This document shows, one piece after another, positions 1-9,809 of a stretch of DNA of 64,000 bases. Position 1 is the stretch's first letter. The number at the start of each line of letters is the position of its first letter. Origin of the DNA: Macrostomum lignano (Eukaryota); NCBI GenBank assembly GCA_002269645.1, contig NIVC01002366.1:1-64000 (forward strand), written 5' to 3'. A program made the position numbers and the translations under genes. The notes below the pieces were generated by a model. That model was not told the DNA's origin and ran no database searches. It worked only from the letters and a program-made list of their open reading frames with translations.

Positions 1-566
1 AATGCAGGAAAACAACTTTGTCGAACACCTGATCCAGTACAGAGACGTCATGTTTGATGTGAAGCCTGGCAGAGTTCTGTGTACTATGGGATCTCACAGG
101 CAGGCCATGCAGAACTGAACAGCCTAGTGTGCAGCTGCGCCAGGGATTTCCACCAACATCGAGGCAGCACTTAGGCCAATGACCTGGTTGTTTCGATGAC
201 TTAATAGAGGAAACTTCAAACTCTGCTTCAATGCGAAATTTTTCACAGGAATCGCACATCACTTGCCGTGCTTTTTGGTGATGCTGACTCAGAATAATTT
301 TTCAAGGGAAAAGAGTCGCGAACAATGAGCTTGAATGTAATGTACTTAGCTATCTTGAAAAACCCCCGAGACCAGCTGCAGATTGCAGCACTGGGCAGGC
401 AGTGCTTTACAGAGAAGCCCGGCTTTCTGCTGTCAGTGTTCAAGCACGTGACCGCGCAGGGCAGGGAGCCTACCTGTTCCTAGACTTTCACCCATCAACT
501 CCCGATGAGCTGCGAGTGCGGGCCAGAATTCTGCCCAACCAGCGACCCCATCTTGTATTTGCTTAA
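1..566 (+). pseudogene. Polinton DNA-packaging ATPase (A32/FtsK-like), frameshifted as assembled, 5' truncated by the window edge
   Basis: Manual reconstruction across about ten 1-nt deletions in short base runs gives NAGKTTFVEHLIQYRDVMF (Walker A end), LVVFDDL (Walker B), HHLPCFLVMLTQN, RTMSLNVMYLAILKNPRDQLQIAALGRQ and AYLFLDFHPSTPDELRVR, ending at TAA 564-566. These match Polinton ATPase motifs. Confidence 0.85.
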
Positions 567-607
567 GAAAGTGAAGCTTGTTTTTATCAGCTATTGTTTT
601 CATCGCA

Positions 608-1531
608 ATGGAAGTGCTTGATTCATATGCAAGTCTTTTTGCGGTTCTTGCGTCACCTAAATATACCGTGCGCTTCAAGCGGCTGTTGATAAAAAATTGT
701 CCAAAAGAAGTGCGTTATTTTCTTGTCGAGGCCTGCCATAATCTCTTACAAAACAATCTATCGTTTTCGCTCGATGAAAAAGCTGTTCTTGCAAAGTCAA
801 AAGAGATAATTCGAAAAATTACTCACAAAAGAAGAAAGACAGACTTGTTGAAGGCTGGCTTCATCAAAATACTCCCGATTCTGCTTAAGCTGGTAAAGAA
901 GAAGAAGCAAATGAACAAATTTTCAGAAATGGTTCTGATTCCTAAAGCAGAGTATGAGATGTTGATGCAGAATTTGAAGCCAAATGAGACTACCACTGAA
1001 GCTGACTTGAAGCAGGCTCAGAAGAAATGCGATGACATCTTGTATGCCGAGGATTGTCCAGAAGATGTGAAAACCGCCATGTACCAAAGTGCAATGCAAA
1101 GTTTGCTGGCCAAGCGCAAGCACGCTGGAAAAGAAGGAGCACGCAATACTGAAGCCAAGTTGATGAAAACAGAGACACCCCAGATAAGCACCTGGGAAGA
1201 GAAGATCAGCAAGTCGGTGCCACAGAAATTCAAAACCAGGGCTCGCAGTCTGTGGACGATCCTGTCCACCAATCCAGAGCTGATTCGAGTTTGTGAAAAC
1301 GGGGAGGTGGAAATCGCAGGCACGTCAATCCCTTCCTCAAACATACTGGACTTGATTCAGCACACAGTGAGGGATTCGCCATGTGAGCGTGAACCAGTTG
1401 GGTGGAACGAGTTCATCGATTTTCTGCAGCAGAAAAAGCTTAATGTTCCGCTTTCCGCTGTTGGTAAATCAGTTAAGAAGAAAATGGCAACCAGCAGAGG
1501 GGTGAACTGGAGAAAGAACAGGAGAGTCTAG
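608..1531 (+). CDS. Conserved Polinton accessory protein(s): short basic ORF in frame with a ~200 aa ORF starting at ATG 911
   Basis: First ATG at 608. The N-part (LLIKNCPKEVRYFLVEACHNLLQNNL...LPILLKL) and C-part (MVLIPKAEYE...MYQSAMQSLL...SVPQKFKTRARSL...ENGEVEIAGTSIPSSNILDLI...PVGWNEF...NVPLSAVG) both resemble ORFs that recur next to the ATPase in animal Polintons. Recognised from memory. Confidence 0.75.
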   Translation: MEVLDSYASLFAVLASPKYTVRFKRLLIKNCPKEVRYFLVEACHNLLQNNLSFSLDEKAVLAKSKEIIRKITHKRRKTDLLKAGFIKILPILLKLVKKKKQMNKFSEMVLIPKAEYEMLMQNLKPNETTTEADLKQAQKKCDDILYAEDCPEDVKTAMYQSAMQSLLAKRKHAGKEGARNTEAKLMKTETPQISTWEEKISKSVPQKFKTRARSLWTILSTNPELIRVCENGEVEIAGTSIPSSNILDLIQHTVRDSPCEREPVGWNEFIDFLQQKKLNVPLSAVGKSVKKKMATSRGVNWRKNRRV

Positions 1532-1582
1532 TCAAGGGGTACGGGAGCAACACAGCCTGGCTGAAATTGCCTGCCAGAAAAG

Positions 1583-1590
1583 TATATAAG
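1583..1590 (+). promoter_or_regulatory. TATA box (TATATAAG)
   Basis: Consensus TATA in the 100-bp gap between ORFs, about 42 nt upstream of ATG 1632. Confidence 0.55.
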
Positions 1591-1631
1591 AAGGTGGACT
1601 GACTCCGAAATTTTCGAAGGAAAGCTGCATC

Positions 1632-2483
1632 ATGAACTACATTGACTTCCAAGGATTCCCGTGCAACAGCACAAGCAAAAAATTTGTTGTGAAGGAGTTG
1701 GCAGTTGTTCAAATCAGAGCGGGGAGCTACCACATTGCTCACCATGTGTACGCACCTCCGTATCCATGGGAGAGAGTCTCACCTGACATGCGAGTTTACT
1801 ACAGACAGCTATCTAAGAGTCTGCACCAGTTTAAGTGGAATGATGGAACCCGTCCGTACATGGAACTGGCGGAAGACATTCTGAGCATTGCCAGTGGTCC
1901 GATCTGGTCAAATGGGGAAAGGAAGTCGATTTTTCTGACTGAGCTGCTTGGAAGACAGGTTTATAACCTAGAAGATTTGGGAGCACCCTCGACTGAAGAT
2001 TCAGATACTGGCTGTGCAGTGAGAAATTCGTTGCTGCACTACAGTTGGCTTAAGCCAAAGTTCTGCATCAACTTAAGAAGCGAGCAGTGTCCGTGGCACA
2101 CGAGCAGTAAAGTTGGCAGAAGCAGATTTGGTGAAGAAGTTGACGATCGAAATGAGCCCACCAGCTACAGCCCTAAGAGTGACCAATCTGGTTGGCGGAG
2201 TAGATCTGAGACTGGATGGTGGCAGGGGCGCTCAGCTGCCTCTACGGGAACTGGCTCTCAGCATGGCTCATGTGATCTACCGGCCCGTCTGGCCCCGGGT
2301 GCTCATCAAGCGGATGCGGATTCCCAGAGTGACTCTCCTACTCTACCCTACTGGGCAACTGAGCATCTGCGGTGCCAAGACCCACGCAGACGCCAAAAGG
2401 GCTGCCCGTCGCTTCGTGGCTATGCTGCATCGGAGAGTGCCGGCTCAACTGCTGCCTCATCAAACAATTTGTGTTCGAATTAA
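1632..2483 (+). CDS. DEDD/DnaQ-fold nuclease-like Polinton protein; C-terminal tail overlaps the TBP-like ORF
   Basis: Motifs YIDFQGF, FVVKELAV, H..YAPPYPW, HQFKWNDG..PY, WSNGERK, YNLEDLG and CAVRNSLL..W match a family of DEDD-like ORFs seen in animal Polintons. The recognisable domain ends near 2110. Confidence 0.65.
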   Translation: MNYIDFQGFPCNSTSKKFVVKELAVVQIRAGSYHIAHHVYAPPYPWERVSPDMRVYYRQLSKSLHQFKWNDGTRPYMELAEDILSIASGPIWSNGERKSIFLTELLGRQVYNLEDLGAPSTEDSDTGCAVRNSLLHYSWLKPKFCINLRSEQCPWHTSSKVGRSRFGEEVDDRNEPTSYSPKSDQSGWRSRSETGWWQGRSAASTGTGSQHGSCDLPARLAPGAHQADADSQSDSPTLPYWATEHLRCQDPRRRQKGCPSLRGYAASESAGSTAASSNNLCSN

Positions 2484-2724
2484 AACTATTACTGCTCATG
2501 GACAGCTCCCAGTTCATTCCGCACTTTCCTTATTAATGTTAAAATCAATTATCCCAAACGCCGAATATGAACCAGAATCCTTTTCTGCTTTAATTTTCAA
2601 TTTAAACTTTTGTAAATGTCTGCTTTTTCACAGCGGCTCTTTTGTTCTCAGTGGAGCTCGGTCCTTGAATCAGTTGCATACCGATAGCATGCGTCTACTC
2701 AATGTAGTTCTTTCCATTGAATAA
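2152..2724 (+). CDS. Divergent TATA-binding-protein (TBP)-like protein, 190 aa from ATG 2152
   Basis: Two TBP half-repeats: VTNLVGGVDL...IYRP...LIKRMRIPRVTLLLYPTGQLSICGAKT...AARRF and IKTITAHGQL...NAEYEPESFSALIF...LLFHSGSFVLSGAR. Compare canonical IQNIV...NAEYNPKRF...ALIFSSGKMVCTGAK and SYEPELFPGLIY...LLIFVSGKVVLTGAK. Intronless. Confidence 0.88.
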   Translation: MSPPATALRVTNLVGGVDLRLDGGRGAQLPLRELALSMAHVIYRPVWPRVLIKRMRIPRVTLLLYPTGQLSICGAKTHADAKRAARRFVAMLHRRVPAQLLPHQTICVRIKTITAHGQLPVHSALSLLMLKSIIPNAEYEPESFSALIFNLNFCKCLLFHSGSFVLSGARSLNQLHTDSMRLLNVVLSIE

Positions 2725-2731
2725 AAATAAA
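2720..2731 (+). terminator. Tandem polyadenylation signals AATAAA-AATAAA overlapping the TBP-like stop codon
   Basis: Sequence GAATAAAAATAAAA at the end of the plus-strand gene block. Confidence 0.6.
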
Positions 2732-3302
2732 AGTCAAGTCAAGCAATTTGCCGCAAATATTTCAATGATTAGTGAAAAGTGAATAAAAGGATAAACTTGT
2801 ATTCTTTACATTCATTTTCCCAGGCAGACAGCTATGGAACACTTCAAAAACGTATTTAGCCCATCACCAAAAGTATCGCAAAACGCATATCAAATCCGAA
2901 AGTAAACAATACTACCATCGTTATAACAAACGATGTGCACCGAGAGAAGAGAAATAGAAAAGTGATAGAGAAAATATGATTAAAACGCTGATTGAATTTA
3001 CAGGAACAATTTGTCAGATAAAAACCAAAAACACATTTTAAACAAGTAGTACACAAAGCAAACAAAAATGAATTAATATTGTATGAGCGCACTTGCCACA
3101 GCTTTATAAAAAGTAAAACTTAAATTGATATCAATATTTCACGCCGCAAAAACAAATTGACAGCTAAATCTAGCGCAATTAGCCAAGCATACAAATTTGT
3201 AAAAGTTACTACATGCAAGTCACTACATTTAAAACAGAATTTGGCAATTTAAACAACTCTAAAAGCAAGAAAAAGTACTAAACAGTCTGTTAAACACCCG
3301 CA

Positions 3303-6300
3303 CTAGACCAGTCGGATGCGCTTCAGCTGATCGTGGGATGCGGGCGTCAGCGCATAGTGTCCGTAGGGCAGGCTTCGATTACTGCTAAGCCACACTCGCT
3401 TATCCTCCCACACCGATAGGCTTCTTTTCTCCATGACCGACGTGAAGATTTCGTGTTTCTTGGAAACAATCGCTGTCATGGCAACCATCTGCTCTTGCTT
3501 GGACTCGAACGCGTCGACATAGTTCGCATGCGAAATTTGCTGTCTTACTACTGACTGCTTCACGCCTTTGGCAGTTTTCTTGATCTTTGCACTCGAATTC
3601 TCGGCAGGGAGAAACGAATAAAGTTTTGGACGCAAAAGAATCCACTCCTGGTAAATTCCACCAGCAGATTCATCTTTAACGCAGCCCAGCTTTCCTTTTA
3701 ACTCTTCAGAGAAATGCGGATGGTCTCGAGAATAGTTGGATGTGTCAAGTATTTTTTCCTCTCTAAGCTTCGGGATTACCTCCGATGTTAAATCATGATT
3801 CTTGAAAGCTAGAAAAAATGAGTCAGTATCACCTCCGCAAAGCATCATGTCTCTGGAACCGTCTGAATGACAGAACAGCGGTCGGAGCCTGTCATATAGT
3901 AGGCTGTACATGGCCATCTTAGAGAGATCGAGAACTGCCTGGCCAACGAAAATGGCCTTGTCAAGCGTGACTTTATCTTTTTTGAGCTGAAAAATGCTCA
4001 ACGACTCATTGATAATCGAGAATGCGGCACAGTTTGGTCGAGAGGCGCAAGTTTCTGCTTGAGTCTGGTTAGTGCAAATTCGAACATCGCATCTTTTTCG
4101 AACGTTCTCCATAGTTTTTCCAAAGAGAGAATTGTTTTTCAATTTGTAAAAATCCTTAGCAAACTCGGAAGTTGCCAAAGCTCTTTTTTCATTGTTGCTG
4201 GCAATGTACGGCGCGAAAATATTTTCCTGCTTGAACGAAATCATTTTTTTGACGCACTTGATCCGCATTCCGTGTTGCAGGTAAAATCTTAAAACGGTGC
4301 TGTGAACTACGTAAGAATCCTTGTCGGTACAGGTGAGTAGAAGCTTCTCCGTTGCTTGAAACTTAGCTTCAGCATTGCCAGTTCGCTGTTCAGCAATCTC
4401 TTTCCATAGTTCGGCCATGTACGGCGAGAATTGATCTGGCTGTGGTTTTGATTTTTCAGGTGCAAACGGTAACTCCTGAGTCGAATCGTGAATCTCAGCT
4501 GGGTATTCTAGATCGAGTTGAACAAGGTAGGCGATCTCGGCTTCTGGATTGAGTGACAGAAACCGATTGGAGTCCCAGAACTGGATTTCCTGTTCCGGTA
4601 CCCACCTGAATTCCCTGCATGGAAGCGGAAGCGACAGGGCAAAGCCATACAAGTTGTTCATATCGATCGGCATGAGGCTTACACTCTCTTGCTGATCATC
4701 ATAACCTGGCAAGCTAGGATTATTACCTTTGACGCAATGCACATTAATGAAGGACATGCCTCCTCGTATTCCCTTCTCAAACAGATGATACATGTCAGCA
4801 TCAGTCAGCTGCTCTAGAACCACTCCAGTCGACTTTAGAGCTGAGTCGTAAGACAAACCAGGAGTAGTAAAGTAGTGTACCGGATCCAATCCGTCCTCTT
4901 TCAGACTGGCCTGTCGGAATGTCTCGAAAATGTCAGCCAGCTGCCTTACATCCATTTCAAGATAGGCGAGCATATAATCCTTCAAACTTTTGCATTGAAA
5001 TGCCGCCCATGCCGCTCTTGCTCTATTGTAGTCGTCGTCGGAAATTCCCCTATCGGAAAGTCGATTAAAAAAAGCATCTTTAGGCGGCAAAACCGACTGC
5101 TCGAGAATCTCAAATCCTGTGAGGTAATCATATGGGAAAATCCCTTTTTTTCGAAGTAGCTCTCTTGAAAGATGTGGTCTTGACTCAAGCATTTGCATTG
5201 TCAGCTTGCATTCAGCTTCGGGAAGATTAGCAAACAAATTGGACAAACTTCCCTTCAAAAAGCAGAGCGAGTCGATGAACTGAATTGTAAACATGATTGG
5301 CACAACTTTTCCGTTCTTTACGTAACTTGCAACAGGGAATTCCGCCCTTAGTGACAAGTATCGCTCGGATGATTGCGGAACAACACTAAGTTTCCAATTT
5401 TTCATGCTCCCAAGCGCAGTGGAAAGTAGAAGATGAAGGTCGTAGCCGCCTAAGTTGTGAAAAACCAGGGGCAGAAACCGGCGTCGGAGCTGTGCTCGCA
5501 GGTTGCATTCTTGACATGCTGCACCTTTGTACTGTCCATTTAAATGATCGTGGTCAAAATGTTTATCTGTAGAACTTTTAAAGTTCTTCTTGCAGTAGTG
5601 ACATACCTCAGCAGAATTGAAATCATCCATGACGGTCGCGGATGATCGGTCAGCCGGCTGGTGGCTATGCTTCTGGTTCCAGTGAAATATATCCTGAGCC
5701 AGGCTTTCAAGAGATTTGAGAAAACCAAGGATACACTCATCAGGGTCCGCATTGCAAAAGACCTTGTACATGTCTCCTTCTGGCCTAAGCGGAGGTCCTG
5801 TCATGCCTTCACGAGGCACTGCAAGAAAAGCTGCTGCACATGGTTCATGCTTTGAGATCAGGTTAGCAGGGTCTGTGTTCGCTCGCAAAATGGCTTCCAG
5901 GTCGGCATAGGCAACGAATGGTGGACTGACAGTGTTTTGACAGTTTCGGAACTTTATTTCATTCTGTCCTGGAACTGGAAGCGTTTCTTTGACAGGATTT
6001 TCTGCAGTAATGCTGCATTCGTTCCTGTGCTCTTGAAGCCTCTCGTTGCTATAAAATGATGTTAAACATTTCGTGCACCACTTCCTCATGGCGGGACCAT
6101 TACGACTGTTCATTAACCTGTCAAAATTAGTAATTGCACACCAGTGCTCCGATCCGTAGCTGTCTTTAACTAGCAAAAGCATGAGGTGTCTTCGGTCATC
6201 TGACTCATGCTTGCGGCGACGGAGAAGAGTCACACTGCCCTGCTGCCAAGAGAACGCAGAAATGCAAATTCCTGGATTGTTAGACTCGACGCGATCGATA

Positions 6301-6952
6301 TCAGCGACACTCACTGGCATGGAGATTTCTGCAAAGTCCAGCTCACGCAACCATTCATCGTAAGAGGATATTCTGTTGGGCGATTTCTGAACTTTCGGAT
6401 CGGCGCTGTGCAGTGCAGCGAGACAGGCGTACAGGAAACAGTCTTTGCCTGTGCTCGGTGGATTGATAACAGCCTTTTTGTTCTTCAAACTGGCAGGAAG
6501 ATTGAATCTAACGGCTCTGCCCTGGCGAAATCGAATTGGATTGTACCTGGCAAGGTTGATGTCTAGAAAATTAATTTGTTTAATTGTCCAGCCACTGCCG
6601 TTCGTATTAATCATACTACAGATCCTCTCCAACTCCTGCTCCTGCTCAATCAACCAGTTGTTTAAACGGCCTGCTTCACCACCTAGGTCTAGGGCCTGCA
6701 TTTTACAGCTTATCCATCTGTCCTCTTCGGCAAGCATCTCCCCATCTCTTATTCGGACCATTCGAATATTCGCCTTTAGCTGAACTTTGTAATGATGTCT
6801 TGAAATTCTTTGCTGAACTGCCTCAATAATTTTGTCTCCAGCTTGGACAAAAAATTCTGACGGAAGCGTGTCTGGGTGACTCGATCTGAGCCTCAGTATT
6901 TCCAGTGATTGATCATAGGCTTGGGCAACTCTGCTGAAGCTGACTGTTGAAC
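3303..6952 (-). CDS. polB: Protein-primed family B DNA polymerase (pPolB), main exon
   Basis: Uninterrupted ORF. ExoI YADLE, ExoII FHNLGGYD, KGIFPYDY, ExoIII Y...D, IRGG, motif A DMNNLYG, motif B KLKNNSLFGK, motif C GGDTDSF, KLY, AKGV. Also an N-terminal LP...NKKAVIN...CF region, a C2H2-like finger (CTKC...H...C) and an endonuclease VII-like insert (CHYC...DHDHLNGQYKGAACQECN). The frame stays open without Met from 6762 to an in-frame TAA at 6966-6968, implying a spliced 5' end. Confidence 0.95.
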
Positions 6953-7184
6953 CTGGTTTGTGGTTTTAGGATAATATTTTTGTTTTTTGCTGCCTATAGT
7001 TTCAAATATCAAAGATACTAAACTAAACGTCTGTACCCAAGCATACATGTACAACCCTACCGGTATAAAGTCTTTTATCTCCCCTTCTCCCATTCTTTGG
7101 ACTAAAATTTTAGACTGCATAATATACATCGCATTGATAAGAAAATTTTTAAGTAAGTTGAAAAGGATAAATAAAGGCACTTAC

Positions 7185-7560
7185 CTTGGTGTGCATCAGT
7201 CACCGACTCGCTGTTGGCTGCTGACTCGCTGCTGGCTGCTGACTCGCTGCTGGCTGCTGACTCGCTGCTGGCTGCTGACTCGCTGCTGGCTGCTGACTCG
7301 CTGCTGGCTGCCGACTCGCTGCTGGCTGCCGACTCGCTGCTGGCTGCCGACTCGCTGCTGGCTGCCGACTCGCTGCTGGCTGCTGACTCGCTGCTGACGT
7401 CATGGTCCACCCAAGGGTGGTCATACTCGATCCACGAGTGGTCATCCTCCATCCACGAGTGGCCATTCTCCATCCATGAGTGGTCATTCTCCATCCATGA
7501 GTGGTCATTCTCCATCCATGAGTGGTCATTCTCCTGCTCCATCCAGGAGTGCTCAACCAT
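7185..7560 (-). CDS. Repeat-encoded acidic exon (DHSWMEN)n-(SSESAA)n, probably a 5' exon of pPolB
   Basis: 21-nt and 18-nt in-frame repeats. Ends at the strong donor CAAG|GTAAGT (intron starts 7184, phase 1), which joins in frame to the acceptor CCAG|GT at 6953/6952. Confidence 0.55.
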
Positions 7561-8414
7561 AGAAAAGGCAAGCAGTTAAAAGCTGACAGTGTTTACTGGC
7601 TGCAACTGAGTGTCATAAGCAACTGGGAGTGAATATTGGAAATCTTTTTCGTAAGTCTTTATTGCTGCAATACTGGTACAATATCCACACTTACAAGCTA
7701 GTAGATGCTGGTTATATTTTTTTGGTTCTCCCTTAAGCTAGCTCTCTGCATGCATATTCTATTGATCCCTATTCGTAAAAGTTCGTTTCTATTTGCCTCC
7801 TACGCAGACTCAATCGGTAAAAAATGCAAAATGAAGCCAATAGTTAATTAACAAACCAATCACCGAGTGGAAAAATGCTGACATTATATATATTTTTTTA
7901 AAAAAAATATCGAATTCACATGGTGCAATCATAGTCAATAAACAATGCATGGAACAATGAATTACAAATACAGACGAGAGTTTAGAAGCAGAAATATAGC
8001 TGAAAAGTTCAATAATTAAAGAATGAGGAAACACCGCGTCAAAGCAGTAGAAAGAAAATTATACCTAATCAATCGCACCAAGCATACGAAACCATCACCA
8101 ATTTATTGAAAGTATGTTATGTTGATTTTAATTTGTTAAATTCAACTGTATAATGTTTCACCTACTTTTCAAATAATTTTTTTACCTCGGATACCAAAAG
8201 CTTTTTTTTAAAACTAATTTGGAAATGAAAACTGAAAACTTATAAGCAAGATTCCTAGAAGCGAATACAGAGTTATGAGATGATCAAATCATTAATTAAT
8301 GTACCTACTTTCAACTTTAAAAAGCTAGTTGAAATAAAGTTTTAGCAATAATTGCAATAAATGGGTAGATTTCTCACTCCACACAGAAAGCAAAAAAGTA
8401 CAAAAATTGCTTAG

Positions 8415-9708
8415 TCACAGCGGCACAATTCTAATACGATTTTCGAAAATCGTTACCTCGTACCCAGCCCCGCCGACAGGAGGCAGAAAGAAGGCAACTC
8501 CAGCTGGCACGGGTGGAGTTTCGGATTGAGAAGCTGGAATTGTAGAGGCTGCAGCTGGGGCGGCTGGAGCAGCTGGGGCAGCCAGAGCAGCTGGGGCGGC
8601 TGGAGCAGCTGGGGCGGCCAGAGCAGCTGGGGCGGCCAGAGCAGCTGGGGCGGCCAGAGCAGCTGGGGCGGCTGGAGCAGCTGGGGCGGCCAGAGCAGCT
8701 GGGGCGGCTGGAGCAGCTGGGGCGGACAGAGCAGCTGGGGCGGCCAGAGCAGCTGGGGCGGCCAGAGCAGCTGGGGCGGCCAGAGCAGCTGGGCGGCTGG
8801 AGCAGCTGGGGCGGCCAGAGCAGCTGGGGCGGACAGAGCAGCTGGGGCGGCCAGAGCAGCTGGGGCGGCTGGAGCTGCAGGTGGCACAATTGCATTATGC
8901 GACTCATTGTCGCTGCCCTCCTCTTCTAGGATTTCCATTTCGTGGTCGTCTTCAACTAGATGAAGTTGTTTTCCAGCAATCACCGGAACCGAAGAGACAG
9001 GTTGCTGCTGCTGCTGACCAGCGTTGAATTCCCTGAGGAACTGATCCAGGACATCTTCCTCTATGAAGTTTATGACAGCAGCAGCCTCGACTCCAGCAGC
9101 CTCGACTCCAGCAGCCTCGACTCCAGCAGCCTCGACTCCAGCGGCCTCGACTCCAGCAGCCTCGACTCCAGCAGCCTCGACTCCAGCAGCCTCGACTCCA
9201 GCAGCCTCGACTCCAGCAGCCTCGACTCCAGCAGCCTCGACTCCAGCAGCCTCGACTCCAGCAGCCTCGACTCCAGCAGCCTCGACTCCAGCAGACAGCT
9301 CAACTTCAAATTCTGCAGCTGCTGAAGACCCGCTTGGCCTCATCCTCTTCAATGTAGAGTCAATTACTTGACTCAAGTGAGCTGATAGCAGACTCCTGCT
9401 GGCTCCCTTTTTCTGCTGGATCTTCTTTTCTCTCTCGTTGCTCTTTTTGATGGCGCGGATTACTTTCCAGCGGTTACTTTCTTGCTTTTTCTTGTCATCG
9501 CTGACGATCCTGTGTCCTCGATGATATGCTGGAATTTTTCCCTCCTGCAGAGCTTCGACGGTGCCGCACTGGTCGCATGCCAACCAGCATGAGACCAGAC
9601 AGTTCTCTTATTGTCGTGGTGTCTTGGGGACACGCCTCCAAGCAGGCACACTTCGCAGCTTATACAGACCTCATAGAGGTCTCTATGACAACTTTTAAAA
9701 GTTTTCAT
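8415..9708 (-). CDS. Polinton ORF with Cys/His-rich N-terminus, basic segment, (GVEAA)n and Ala/Pro repeats; two apparent 1-nt deletions
   Basis: ATG 9708. Adding one base near 9610 and one near 8791 gives a continuous frame (CISCEVC...HHD..ENCLVSCWLACDQC...; 15-nt and 18-nt coding repeats). It ends either at TGA 8415-8417 or at a possible donor GAG|GTAACG at 8457/8456. Confidence 0.55.
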
Positions 9709-9809
9709 TTTGAAAGAGAAAGAGTTGTTTTTTAGAAGTAGTAAGGTTTTTAAAAATCCTTTTATACAATTTGTTTTTGTCTATTTGTTTATTTGTACTT
9801 GCGTGGCTG

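Noticed and set aside
2856-3092. 78-aa hydrophobic minus-strand ORF between the TBP-like gene and pPolB
   Set aside because: AT-rich terminator region between convergent genes; no motif support.
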